Part shown: positions 53,651 to 63,245 of the stretch, in pieces
Layout of the letters: the number at the start of each line of letters is the position of its first letter
How positions within the stretch are numbered: the stretch's first letter is position 1
Source of the DNA: an uncultured archaeon
Lineage (GTDB): Archaea > Thermoproteota > Nitrososphaeria > Nitrososphaerales > Gagatemarchaeaceae
Reading direction: 5' to 3'
NCBI GenBank assembly: GCA_963799775.1
Contig: CAWCYD010000003.1
Span: 192,001 to 256,000 of the forward strand
Length of the DNA: 64,000 nt
Notes under the pieces: model-generated
The model's input: the letters and a program-made list of their open reading frames with translations, nothing else
What the model was told of the DNA's origin: nothing
Database searches by the model: none
Made by a program: the position numbers and the translations under genes

Positions 53651-54517
53651 GCTCGTTGTTTGTCTCCGTCTCGATCACCGTGCTCCCGTCGCTCTGCCAA
53701 TCTTTCTTGAGGGCCTCCATCTCGGCCTGCCTGGAGGCGTCGAAGACCGCGGCCACCGCCGGCCCGGTCCCCGAGAGCCCCGCCCCCAGCGCGCCGTGTT
53801 CCACAGCGCGGAGCGCAGGAGAGGGGTCGTACTTCAGTATCGACGAATACGTCATCCCGTTCAAGACCATCGCCCTCCAGTAGTCGCCCTTAAGCGTCAT
53901 CTCGAAGAAAAGGTCGGTGAGGAGCCCGAACTTCCTGATGAGCTGGGGCTCGACGCTCTCTCGCCTGCTCTTCGTCCTTGGGATGACGACAAGCACTCTG
54001 AGCTTCTTGTCGAACAGCCTCGAGCTGACCACCTTGCGTGCGAGGTTGTCGGTCATGTTCAGGCCTCCGAGAAGGCAGCCTGAGGCGTCGTCCAGCGCCC
54101 CGGTGATGCTGGCCCCGCTGGCGAGCGAGGCTTGGACGCTGCAGTCGAGGGCCCTCTTGGGGTCGAAGGCCTTCTGCCCGAGGGCGGCGAAGACCGCGAT
54201 GGAGATGGCGGTCGAGGCGGCCGAAGAGGTCTTCAGGCCCACGCCTATGGGCACAGAGGACACAGTCCTCACATTCCCGCTGAAGCCGCCTGGTCCTTCC
54301 CGCTCATCTTTATCGCCAGTCTCACCGTCTCCAATGCGAGGGCCGAGCCGGTCCTCTTGCCGTTGACGCTGACCGACCACTGACCGGGAGAGTCTTCGAG
54401 CTCGACCTCTGCCTCGGTCGGAAGCCTGACGCTCGCCGTCGCTCCCTTGCCGCTAGCTATCGCGTTGACTATGCTTATCGCGCCGAAGGTCGTCGCCTTC
54501 GCCTTCACCACTGTCAC
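53625..54517 (-). CDS. aroK: Archaeal GHMP-type shikimate kinase (indel near 54310)
   Basis: GAISIVNAIASGKG, PIGVGLKTSSA, SITGALDDA, GLSGTGP. Confidence 0.93.
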
Positions 54518-55390
54518 TTGCTCTTTCGGCCCCCTTTCTTCCGACTCGGAGACTGCCCGCCCTTTAGCGCGGCCACAAGCGCTTCCCTCATCTCGCTCTC
54601 GGGGGCCCCCCTTCCCGTCCAGAGCTTGAAGGCAGCCATCCCTTGGTGCAAGAGCATGTCCTCGCCATGTATGACCTTCGCGCCCGACCGGCGGGCCTCC
54701 ACAAGCAGGCCGGTCTCCTTGGGACGGTAGACGGCGTCGAACACGACCTCGCTTCCCGGAACGATCCGCTTCGCCCCGGAGGGGAGGGCAGCCCCGTCTG
54801 CCCCCATGGGCGAGGCGTTGAATATCAGGTCATGGTTGAGATGATGGAGGTCGCCTCATCGAGGCCAGGGTGAGGTTGAGGCGCGGGAAAGCCTTCTCCA
54901 TGTCCTGCACGAACGACCTCGCGCGCTCGGGGTCGCGGACTGCCACGCCCACGTCGACTATCCCGAGCCTGTTCATGGCCTCGCAGAACGCTCGCGCTGC
55001 ACCGCCCGCCCCTATCAGGAGCGCGTTCCTGACGTAGATGGAGGCAAGCAGCCCGCGGAGCGGCTCCACGATCCCGTCCGGGTCCGTATTGTGCCCGGAG
55101 TACCTCCCGTCCTCCTCGAGCTTCACAGTGTTGACAGCTTGTATCCTCGTCGCGACGGCGTCGAGCTCGTCCAGGAACCGGAGCACGGCCGCCTTGAACG
55201 GGATGGTGACGTTCATCCCCTTGAAGCGGATCGAGATGAGGCGGCGGAACTCCCTCGGGAACGCCTGCTCTGGAACGCTCACCTGCGAGTACTCGGCGTC
55301 GATCGCCAGGGCCTTGAACGCGGCGTTCATCATGGCCGGCGAGGGCGAGCGAGACACGTCCCTCCCCACGATGCAGTAGCGGTCGGTCAT
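54514..55390 (-). CDS. aroE: Shikimate dehydrogenase (indel near 54840)
   Basis: SPSPAM, NVTIPFK, AVNT, NTD..G, GAGGAAR, DAVY.P. Confidence 0.93.
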
Positions 55391-56087
55391 CCCGCTTCGT
55401 TGGGGACCAGGCCCCTGAACTCAATCATGGTGGAAATCGAGAGCTGGCCAGGCGCGACCGCATCGTTGGGGAGAGCGGCGTAGGCGATTGGAGCCTGCAT
55501 GAACATGGAGAGCAGTCGCGACGAGGCACCCTCCTCGCCCATGCAGAACGCCGTCACCTTCCCCGGGTTCTCCTCGCAGAGCCTCAGTGCGCTGACGTTG
55601 TCCTCGAGCTTTGTTGCCGTCGTCACCACCTTCGCTATCGCCCCGTATTGCAGCTCGTCTTTGCAGCTTCTCCTCAGCTCGCTCAGCGGAGGTGCCCCTT
55701 GAAGTCGTGCCACGAGACGATCCTCTCCACCTTGTTCGGCAGGCTCTTCAGCCACCTCTCGTTGTCGACCGCGGTCCTGAGCTCCACGTCCAGGTAGGCG
55801 GGGAGCATAGTGGCAAGCTCCGAGATCAGGCTCAGGCGCTCGATGTCGCTCCCAGAGAACGCCCCTCCTTCTTGGTTGGTCCTTACGGTCACGACGGAAC
55901 GCGGCGCGAACTTCGCCAGCTTTGTCTTGATGTCCTCAGGCGTCACCCTGCTCATGATGCGGTCTATCCGGAACTCCACCAGGTCCGCGCCTAGATGGAA
56001 CGCATACTCCGTCTTCTGGACCATCTCATCGAGAGAGTCTGCGCTTATCGATGCGCATATCTTGGGCATGACTCGCTTGTTGGCCAT
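55387..56087 (-). CDS. aroD: Type I 3-dehydroquinate dehydratase (indel near 55695)
   Basis: EFRID, TVR...EGG, SWHDF, AKV, FCMG, APGQ. Confidence 0.92.
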
Positions 56088-56103
56088 CCATCTCTCACTT
56101 GGG

Positions 56104-57120
56104 TCAGCGCTCCAAGATGAACTCGTCTACCTCTCCGCCAAAGTGCCTGGCCTTGCCGTGGGCTGCGACGTGGACGAGTATCTCGTCGCCCGCCTTTGCC
56201 TCGGTGACCGCCACGGGCCTGCCGTCCGGCCTCACGAGGCGGATGGTCTCTGCGTTCTGGATCATGGCCGTGCCTTCGTGCCCATCGCACTCCGCGACCA
56301 CCATCACCAAGGGCCTCCTCTCCATCTTTATCCTCCCGACTGTCGCCTCGCGCCTCTTGCCCGCAAAGTCGACGAGCTGGACCTTGTCCCCGGCCTCCAG
56401 CTCAGAGAGGTATCTCGTCTTCCCGTCCGCTCCCAGGATGTAGCTGTGCAGCGCGCCCGCGTTGACCCTGAACGGCCTCGTGGGTATGTACTCGGTGGGG
56501 ATCGTCTCGCTGTGGACGAGGAAGAAGAAGCTGGCCTTGCTCCCTATGAGCATGCCCTCGCCCAGGGAGAGCTGAGATGCGGTGTCGATGCAGACCCTCT
56601 CCCCGTCACCCACGTCCACGATCCGCTTGACCCTGGCCTTTACGAGCTTGAGCTGGTCGCCGTCGACGTTGGCCATAAGTCTCTTGACGGCCGCCAAGGA
56701 CGAGTAGGGCACCACGACGCCGTCGACCCCCTTCTCGAGGATGGAGAACGCCAACCTGATGTCGCTCTCGCTCTTCATGAATGCGTAGATCTTCCTGTGC
56801 TTCCTCCTGAACTCTCCGATGAGGTTCTCAAGAGGTATGATCTTCCAGTTTGTGCAGTCCACCACGACGAACTTGTGGTCATGCTTCAGGGCTGACTCGA
56901 CCGCCCTGTCCAGGTCCTTGGCGCCCTTGACCTCTATCCACGCAAAGTCCCCTTCTTTCTCCTTGTACTCGCGCATTCCCGACCCCGACGCGGCGCCCAG
57001 AGGCCTCGCGCTCCTGTTGATGACTGCGTTGATGCCGGCCCCCTTGGCCTCCTTCAGAGCTTTCGAGAGGTCTTTTGCTTCCGTGAGGTCGAGGATAATC
57101 TCTTTCTCAGGCTGGAGCAG
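56104..57120 (-). CDS. aroB': 3-dehydroquinate synthase II (probable CTG start at 57120)
   Basis: WKIIPLENLI, ERVCIDT, RPFRVNAG, QNAETIRLV, ARHFG. Confidence 0.95.
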   Translation of the reverse strand: MLQPEKEIILDLTEAKDLSKALKEAKGAGINAVINRSARPLGAASGSGMREYKEKEGDFAWIEVKGAKDLDRAVESALKHDHKFVVVDCTNWKIIPLENLIGEFRRKHRKIYAFMKSESDIRLAFSILEKGVDGVVVPYSSLAAVKRLMANVDGDQLKLVKARVKRIVDVGDGERVCIDTASQLSLGEGMLIGSKASFFFLVHSETIPTEYIPTRPFRVNAGALHSYILGADGKTRYLSELEAGDKVQLVDFAGKRREATVGRIKMERRPLVMVVAECDGHEGTAMIQNAETIRLVRPDGRPVAVTEAKAGDEILVHVAAHGKARHFGGEVDEFILER

Positions 57121-57900
57121 CGCCCATTACCTCCATCGCCTCTTCCACGCTGCCTCCGTCGATCACCACCCGCCTGATCGCCCTGACGATGAGGGTCGGG
57201 TCGCGGTGCTGGAATACGTTCCTCCCGAACGTGACGCCTGCGGCCCCTGCCTCCATGACGTCGCTGGCTAGCTTGAGGATCTCAAGGTCGTTCTCTACCT
57301 TCGCCCCTCCCGCGAGGACGACCGGGACAAGGCACTTCCTCACGACTTCCCTGAAGGTCTCCGGGCTCCCTGTGTAGACCGTCTTGACGATGTCCGCCCC
57401 CGACTCGGCCCCGACCCTCGCCACGTGCGCCACCACCTGCGGGTCCGTGGGTCCTTGATGTTCTCGCCCCTGGGGTACATCATCGCGATCAGCGGGACCT
57501 GGTACTCGTCGCACTCGTCCGCGACCAAGCCGAGCTGTTGGAGCATCTCCGGCTCCTCTTTGGAGCCCATGTTGATGTGGACCGAGATCGCGTCCGCACC
57601 GAGCCTCAATCCCTCCACTACCGAGGAACTGACCATCTTCCTGTTCGGCGCAGGGCTTAGGTTGGTGCTCGAGGAGATGTGCATGATCATCCCGATTGGG
57701 GCTGGCTTCCTCATCGCCTTGATCACTCCCTTGTGGACGAGGAAGGCCGTCGCGCCGCCCTTCGCCACCTTCGCGATCATCTCCTCAGGGCCCTCGAGAC
57801 CTGCGATGGGTCCGACTGTGAAGGAGTGGTCCATGGGGATGCAGAGCATCCTTCCGCCCTTCGTTATCCTGTTGATCCTCACCTGCTTCCCGAACACCAT
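57107..57900 (-). CDS. aroA': 2-amino-3,7-dideoxy-D-threo-hept-6-ulosonate (ADH) synthase (indel near 57450)
   Basis: IPMDH, AMMYPRG, GADIVKT, AGG, GRNVFQ; adjacent to DHQ synthase II. Confidence 0.9.
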
Positions 57901-57907
57901 GTCTCCA

Positions 57908-58982
57908 TTACCTCCCCAGGTATCCCTCTCTTTCCATGAGCTCCGCTGTAAGTATTGCCGTCCCGGCCGCTCCACGGATCGTGTTGTGGGAGAGAAGGGT
58001 GAGCTGCAGCGACCTCTCGTCTATCCCGTTCCTGACCCGGCCGACGACGACGCTCATGCCGGGCACGCTCCCCGCCAGCCTGTCGAGGCGCGGCTGGGGC
58101 CTGTCGTTCTCCTTCCTTACGATGATCGGCTGCTGGGGCGCCGTCGGGAGCTTCAGCTTCTGGGGCTCGCCCTTGAACCTCTCCAGAGCCCTCTCGGCAG
58201 ACTTTGGCGAGATCCTCCCCGGGAACTCCGCATAGAGGGTCTCCATGTGCCCGTCGATGACCGCGACCCGGTTGCAGGAGATGCCCATTCTTATCGGGCT
58301 AGGCTTGATCGCGCCGCCGACGAGCTTGCCAAGGATCTTCTTCGCCTCGGCGGCCACCTTCTCCTCCTCGTTCTTGATGTAGGGTATGACGTTCTCCTGT
58401 ATCGCGAGCGAGGGGACTCCCGGATATCCGGCACCTGAGAGGGCCTGCATCGTCGTGACGATGGCCTTCTCGGCGCCGAACTCGTCGATTAGGGGCTTGA
58501 GCACCATGGAGAGGCCCGTGCCCGTGCAGTTCGGCGTCGTCGCTATGGCGCCCTTCCACCCCCTCTTGTTCTTCTGGGACTTTAGAAGGCCCAGGTGCTC
58601 GGCGTTTATCTCGGGTATCATCAGAGGCACGTCTGGGTCCATCCGGTGGGCGCTCGCCTCGCTCACGACCGTGAATCCTGCCTCGGCGAACTTCGACTCG
58701 ACCTCAGCTGCGACCTCCGAAGGCAGCGCAGAGAAGACGACGTCGCATCCCCTCGCGGACTCCGGTCTGGCACGCTGTACGACCTTCGCGGCCATCTCCT
58801 CGTCCATCTCGTCAGGGAACAGCCAGTGCACGGCCTCCCCGTACTTCTTGCCCGCTGACTCGCCTCCCATCAGGCACCTCCAGCCTCAGGTAGGGGTGCC
58901 TGGGGAGCATGTTGATGTAGCGCTGCCCTACTGCGCCCGTCGCGCCCAGCAGGGCGGCCTTGACCTCTCTACGCTTGCTCAT
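57908..58982 (-). CDS. asd: Aspartate-semialdehyde dehydrogenase (indel near 58880)
   Basis: LGATGAVGQ, PEIN, PNC, QALSGAGYPG, HNTIRGAAG. Confidence 0.95.
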
Positions 58983-60226
58983 CGTGATTGCATCCTTCCT
59001 GGGGCTTGCGGCTCGCTCGCCATCGCCTCCGTCACCAGGCTGTAGGCCCTTTCCGAGTCGTCGTTTGAGACGAAGACCCTGACGGACGAGAGGATCGTCA
59101 CTATGCCGTAGACGTTGATGCCCGTCTTTGCGAGAGGAGTGGTGATCCTCTGGACCACACCGCGCTCCGTCTCGAGCGCCGCCCCCTTGACGGTGATCAT
59201 GGAGAGGTGGGGGAACTCGGAGACGGCCTTGCCTATCTTCTCCTCTATGAGCACATGGTGAACGCTGTCCAGCACGTTCTCGCCCCCGCCCACGTAGAAG
59301 ATGGCCGCGCTCGTCTCGAGCGAGAGGGCCAGCAGGTCGCCTCGAGCCTCTCTCACCGCAGCGACCGCTCGCATGATCGAGTCGGTCTTGGCCGGATTGA
59401 GGCCGACGAGGGTGATCATCGAGACCCCTCCTCGTACGATCTCCACCTGGGCGGGCGAGAGCTCACCCTTGATGACAGTCCCGGAGTCGAGCTTCTCGAG
59501 GCTCGTGACCCTGATCCGGAGTCCGGATGATTGGTATCTGAGGGCCTTTACGTGGAGGAACTTTGCCCCGCCCGCCGCGAGCATCTCAGCTTCCTCGCCG
59601 TTCAGACTCTCGATGAACTGCGGGTTGGTGACCTTGTCGGGGTCGCTCGAGTAGACCCCTTCCACGTCCTTGACCAGTATGACCTCCTTCGCATCCAAGC
59701 AGTTGCCGAGCAGCACGGCCGTCGTGTCGCTCCCTCCTCTGCCCAATGTCGTCGTCTTTCCGCGGATCGTCTTCCCCAGGAAGCCGCAGACGACAGGCAC
59801 GCGTCCCGCCGCCAAAAGAGGCATAATCAGCTGCTGGGCCTTCGCCCTGCTCTCCGCCACGAGCGGGTTCGCGTCTAGATGCTTCTCGTCCGTGATGACG
59901 GGCCAGTACGGAGTATCGGGGTCGACGACGACCGACTGGAGGCCGAACGACGCGAGGGCCGCCGCGACGAGTCTGGCGCTCGTCTTCTCTCCGGACGAGA
60001 GCAGCTCGTCGAGCAGATGGGGCTCGATGCCCGGGTTCTCCTTCTTCGAGAGGGACATTATCTGATCTGTGACGCCCTTCATCGCGGAGACGACCGCGAC
60101 CACCCCGAGCCCCTTGCTCTTCGTCTCTTTGATCAGGGAAGCCACTTGGTTGATGGCCTTCTCGTTCTCGAGAACCGATCCGCCGAACTTGACGACGACG
60201 GTCTCAATCATCTTAGTTGTGCTCAT
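58979..60226 (-). CDS. lysC: Aspartate kinase
   Basis: KFGGSV, VVSAM, TLGRGGSDTTA, DVEGVYSSDP; ACT-like C-terminus. Confidence 0.94.
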   Translation of the reverse strand: MSTTKMIETVVVKFGGSVLENEKAINQVASLIKETKSKGLGVVAVVSAMKGVTDQIMSLSKKENPGIEPHLLDELLSSGEKTSARLVAAALASFGLQSVVVDPDTPYWPVITDEKHLDANPLVAESRAKAQQLIMPLLAAGRVPVVCGFLGKTIRGKTTTLGRGGSDTTAVLLGNCLDAKEVILVKDVEGVYSSDPDKVTNPQFIESLNGEEAEMLAAGGAKFLHVKALRYQSSGLRIRVTSLEKLDSGTVIKGELSPAQVEIVRGGVSMITLVGLNPAKTDSIMRAVAAVREARGDLLALSLETSAAIFYVGGGENVLDSVHHVLIEEKIGKAVSEFPHLSMITVKGAALETERGVVQRITTPLAKTGINVYGIVTILSSVRVFVSNDDSERAYSLVTEAMASEPQAPGRMQSR

Positions 60227-60274
60227 GGTGCAAGACGCTCCAGCTGATTTTCGCGTAGGAAACTAGAGCGCGAG

Positions 60275-60349
60275 CTAGTAGCGAAAACCGAAGATGGGCT
60301 TCCAATAACCGAGGTTCCCATAAACTGAACCGCCTCTGTGGAGCTCCAT
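60275..60349 (-). CDS. Putative aro operon leader peptide MELHRGGSVYGNLGYWKPIFGFRY
   Basis: 24 codons with 3 Tyr, 2 Phe, 1 Trp; ATAAATA box at 60382-60388; stop 48 nt before lysC. Confidence 0.72.
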   Translation of the reverse strand: MELHRGGSVYGNLGYWKPIFGFRY

Positions 60350-60563
60350 CTCTTCTTCACTCTCTGGCGCTCGAGAATCGATATTTATGCATTGCTGAGT
60401 TGGAACGGCGCCTTTCCCCTGGCCCACAGGGCATCGCACTGGTTCTCTGGTCTGTCTACCTGGCCGAAAGATTCTTTCGAGAAAAATCATAAACATCACT
60501 TCCGACATATTAAATAGAGGAGGTCGGGGCACCGAAAAATCCTCAGGGTAGGGTACTGGTCGT

Positions 60564-62126
60564 ATGGTTGCCACGCTTGTTTTCTCACCTGTAGCCGGAA
60601 TAATCCTCGGTTTATCGGTGCTCCTCAGCTTCTCCTTCTTCATCTACGGCATCAACACGCTCTATCTTACTCGCAAGGCCCGCGGTTACACCCAGCCGGC
60701 GTTGGCGACGTTGAAGGAAAGGCCCCCCGTTGCGGTGCATCTGCCCGTCTACAACGAGTTCTACGTGGCCGACAGGCTCCTCAACGCCTGCGCCAAGATG
60801 GCCGACCATTACGGGAAGAGTCTGGTGAGAGTCGTCGTGATCGACGACTCGGATGACGAGACGCGCCAGAAGCTCGACGGGCTCGCCTCGGACTACACCT
60901 CCAAGGGGTACAAGGTCGAGCTCCTCCGCAGGGGGACCAGGGCTGGCTTCAAGGCCGGGGCTCTTCAGGCTGCCCTCGAGAAGACGACCGAGCCGTTCGT
61001 CGCCGTCTTCGACGCGGACTTTGCCCCCAGCGAGGACTTCCTCGAGAGGACCGTCCCCTTCATGATCCAAGACGACAAGGTGGGGTTCGTCCAGTGCAGG
61101 TGGACCCACTTCGACAGGGGTTACAACATGATCACCGAGACTCTCGCGATAGGCGTCGACGCCCACTTCCTGCTGGAGCAGCCCGGCAGATGGAGCGGAG
61201 GCTACATGATGAACTTCAACGGGAGCGCAGGTCTCCTCCGGACAGTGGCCATCGTCAGTGCGGGAGGATGGAACGCCGACACCCTCGCAGAAGACCTCGA
61301 CCTCAGCTACCGCATGCAGCTCAACGGTTTCAAGCCGGTCTATCTGAAAGACGTGAAGTTCCCGGCAGAGCTCCCACCGACGATCACGAGCCTGAAGAGA
61401 CAGCAGGGCAGGTGGGCCCGGGGCTCCATCCAGACGGCGCGCAAGGTCTGGCCCACGATATACGCCTCCAAGAAGCTCTCCGTCAGGCAGAAGTTCGAGG
61501 CCTTCGTCCACCTGACGTACTACATGGTCCATCCCCTCATGGTGGCCTCGTTCGTCCTTGCCCTTCTCGCGACCTTCCTCAACGTGAACGTCATCAACTA
61601 CGCGGTCCACGTGACGATCCCGAGCCCTGGGGCGATAGTCGGCTCGCCGGCCGAGGTGACACTGAGCATCGTGCCCTGGGCGATCTTCGCCCTCATGATC
61701 GTCCTCTCGACGCTCTCGGTGCTCTACTACTGCGTGGAGGCTGTGAGGGCCCAGCACATGGGCCTTTTCAAGAACGTCAGGCAGATCATCCTTCTAGTCA
61801 TCCTTGGATATGGGATCAGCGTCAGCAACTCCGTGAGCGCTCTCTCGGGCCTCCTCTCGCCGCAGACCGGAACGTTCCTGAGGACGCCAAAGTACGCCAT
61901 CACCAGCAAGACTGGGACTTGGAAGGAGAAGAAGTACCAACTGACTCTCAACAGGGAGACCGTTTTCGAGATGATCGCCACGGGGGTCGGAATAATCGCG
62001 ATAATCTACGCCATGGCCCTGGGGAACCTTGGGATCCTCCCGATACTTGCGGTCTATGTCACCGGTTACCTGCTGGTGCTCTTCCTGACGCTCTCCCAGT
62101 CTGTCTCCAGACAAAGCGGCAGCTGA
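60564..62126 (+). CDS. Processive GT2 glycosyltransferase (cellulose synthase-like)
   Basis: PVYNE, DDS, KAGAL, FDAD, AEDLD, QQGRWARG; multiple TMs. Confidence 0.92.
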   Translation: MVATLVFSPVAGIILGLSVLLSFSFFIYGINTLYLTRKARGYTQPALATLKERPPVAVHLPVYNEFYVADRLLNACAKMADHYGKSLVRVVVIDDSDDETRQKLDGLASDYTSKGYKVELLRRGTRAGFKAGALQAALEKTTEPFVAVFDADFAPSEDFLERTVPFMIQDDKVGFVQCRWTHFDRGYNMITETLAIGVDAHFLLEQPGRWSGGYMMNFNGSAGLLRTVAIVSAGGWNADTLAEDLDLSYRMQLNGFKPVYLKDVKFPAELPPTITSLKRQQGRWARGSIQTARKVWPTIYASKKLSVRQKFEAFVHLTYYMVHPLMVASFVLALLATFLNVNVINYAVHVTIPSPGAIVGSPAEVTLSIVPWAIFALMIVLSTLSVLYYCVEAVRAQHMGLFKNVRQIILLVILGYGISVSNSVSALSGLLSPQTGTFLRTPKYAITSKTGTWKEKKYQLTLNRETVFEMIATGVGIIAIIYAMALGNLGILPILAVYVTGYLLVLFLTLSQSVSRQSGS

Positions 62127-62144
62127 GCGAAGGGAAAACGACGC

Positions 62145-63161
62145 TCAGATCCCAGCCGTGGGGATCAGCTTCGCGTTCGTCGTGATCCTGCTCTCGCGCC
62201 GGAGGATGACCACCACGAAGGCGATGATCCAAGGGATGAAGATGAGCTCCCCGATGACAGAGTGGAAGGCCTCGAATGCCTTTGGGTTCGTGATGTTGCT
62301 CATCGCATAGGCGGCGAGCAGCGCCAGCCTGAGGACGTTGACCAGGAACGAGCCGACGACCCCCGCGAGCAGGTAGAGCGCTCCTCGGGTCCAGCCGGTG
62401 CCCACTTTCACGCAGATGGCAAGGACCACAAACAGGCCTATCACGATCCCGTCCAATCCAGCAGAGGGCCAGAAGACCTGGAGGTTCATCGACCCCAGGC
62501 TGTTCTGGAGCATCAGGATGTTCCCCTGGGAGTGCGCCACGCCGGGTGCGAAGAGGTTGAGCACTCCCGAGACGACTTGGAGGACCGGAGGGACGACGTA
62601 CCCGAACGGCCCTAGGGTGTTCTCCGGCAACACGACGTCGATGAAAAGGAAAGAAGCCATCCCGACCGTGTAGATGAGCGGGGTCACGGTCCTGGACCTC
62701 CTGTCAACCATCAAGAGGGCGATGAGGAATACCGACGTGACTGCGTAGTCGATCGCCCAGACCCAGCTGTATTGGACGATAGTCGGGTTTACCCCGAGAT
62801 TCGTCCCGGCCTTGACCAGCCAGTTGAAGACAGAGGGTTGGGCGAAGGTCACGTAATATGCGCCAGCCACGACGAGCGTAGACCAGGCGAGCAAGGCCCC
62901 TCTCTTCTCTCTCAAGGGTGCCAATGACCTGCTGCCTGCCTCGAGGAAGACAAGCGGCACGATTGCGAGCATCGCGGACCTGCCCTGGTTCCAGGTCCTA
63001 GTGAAGCTGTAGGGGTCTGCCAGGAATGCTATCAAGACGAGGACTGCGAAGTAGCCTATGTATGGCATCCCGAGGAGGCGAGAGACGACGCGAGCCAGCG
63101 GCCGCTCTGCCTGTGGACTGGCATCACCTCCCGAGCTCTCTGTTGCAGCCAAGGACTTCAA
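62145..63161 (-). CDS. Archaeosortase/exosortase family protein (thaumarchaeosortase-like)
   Basis: WNQGR, VFWPSAG, VNVLR, FHS..GE..FI.W; multiple TMs. Confidence 0.8.
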   Translation of the reverse strand: MKSLAATESSGGDASPQAERPLARVVSRLLGMPYIGYFAVLVLIAFLADPYSFTRTWNQGRSAMLAIVPLVFLEAGSRSLAPLREKRGALLAWSTLVVAGAYYVTFAQPSVFNWLVKAGTNLGVNPTIVQYSWVWAIDYAVTSVFLIALLMVDRRSRTVTPLIYTVGMASFLFIDVVLPENTLGPFGYVVPPVLQVVSGVLNLFAPGVAHSQGNILMLQNSLGSMNLQVFWPSAGLDGIVIGLFVVLAICVKVGTGWTRGALYLLAGVVGSFLVNVLRLALLAAYAMSNITNPKAFEAFHSVIGELIFIPWIIAFVVVILRRESRITTNAKLIPTAGI

Positions 63162-63245
63162 GGACGGGGGAAACCCTCTGTTCCCCGATTTCGATTCCGC
63201 ATTATTAATATGCGTCGCAGAAAGGAGCCTCTGGGTGCTGATGTA

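Noticed and set aside
220-58982. Numerous frameshifts in core genes (dnaK, metG, trpE/G/C/A, aro genes, asd) as pseudogenes or programmed frameshifts
   Set aside because: They are scattered single-base indels in essential genes, with intact motifs on both sides and no shared slippery motif; sequencing error is the simplest explanation. Read-level polishing would confirm.
803-61757. Long antisense or alternate-frame ORFs (e.g. 803-1504, 15502-16680, 49431-50948, 60612-61757)
   Set aside because: Shadow ORFs expected from GC3-rich coding; they overlap well-supported genes and have no recognisable motifs
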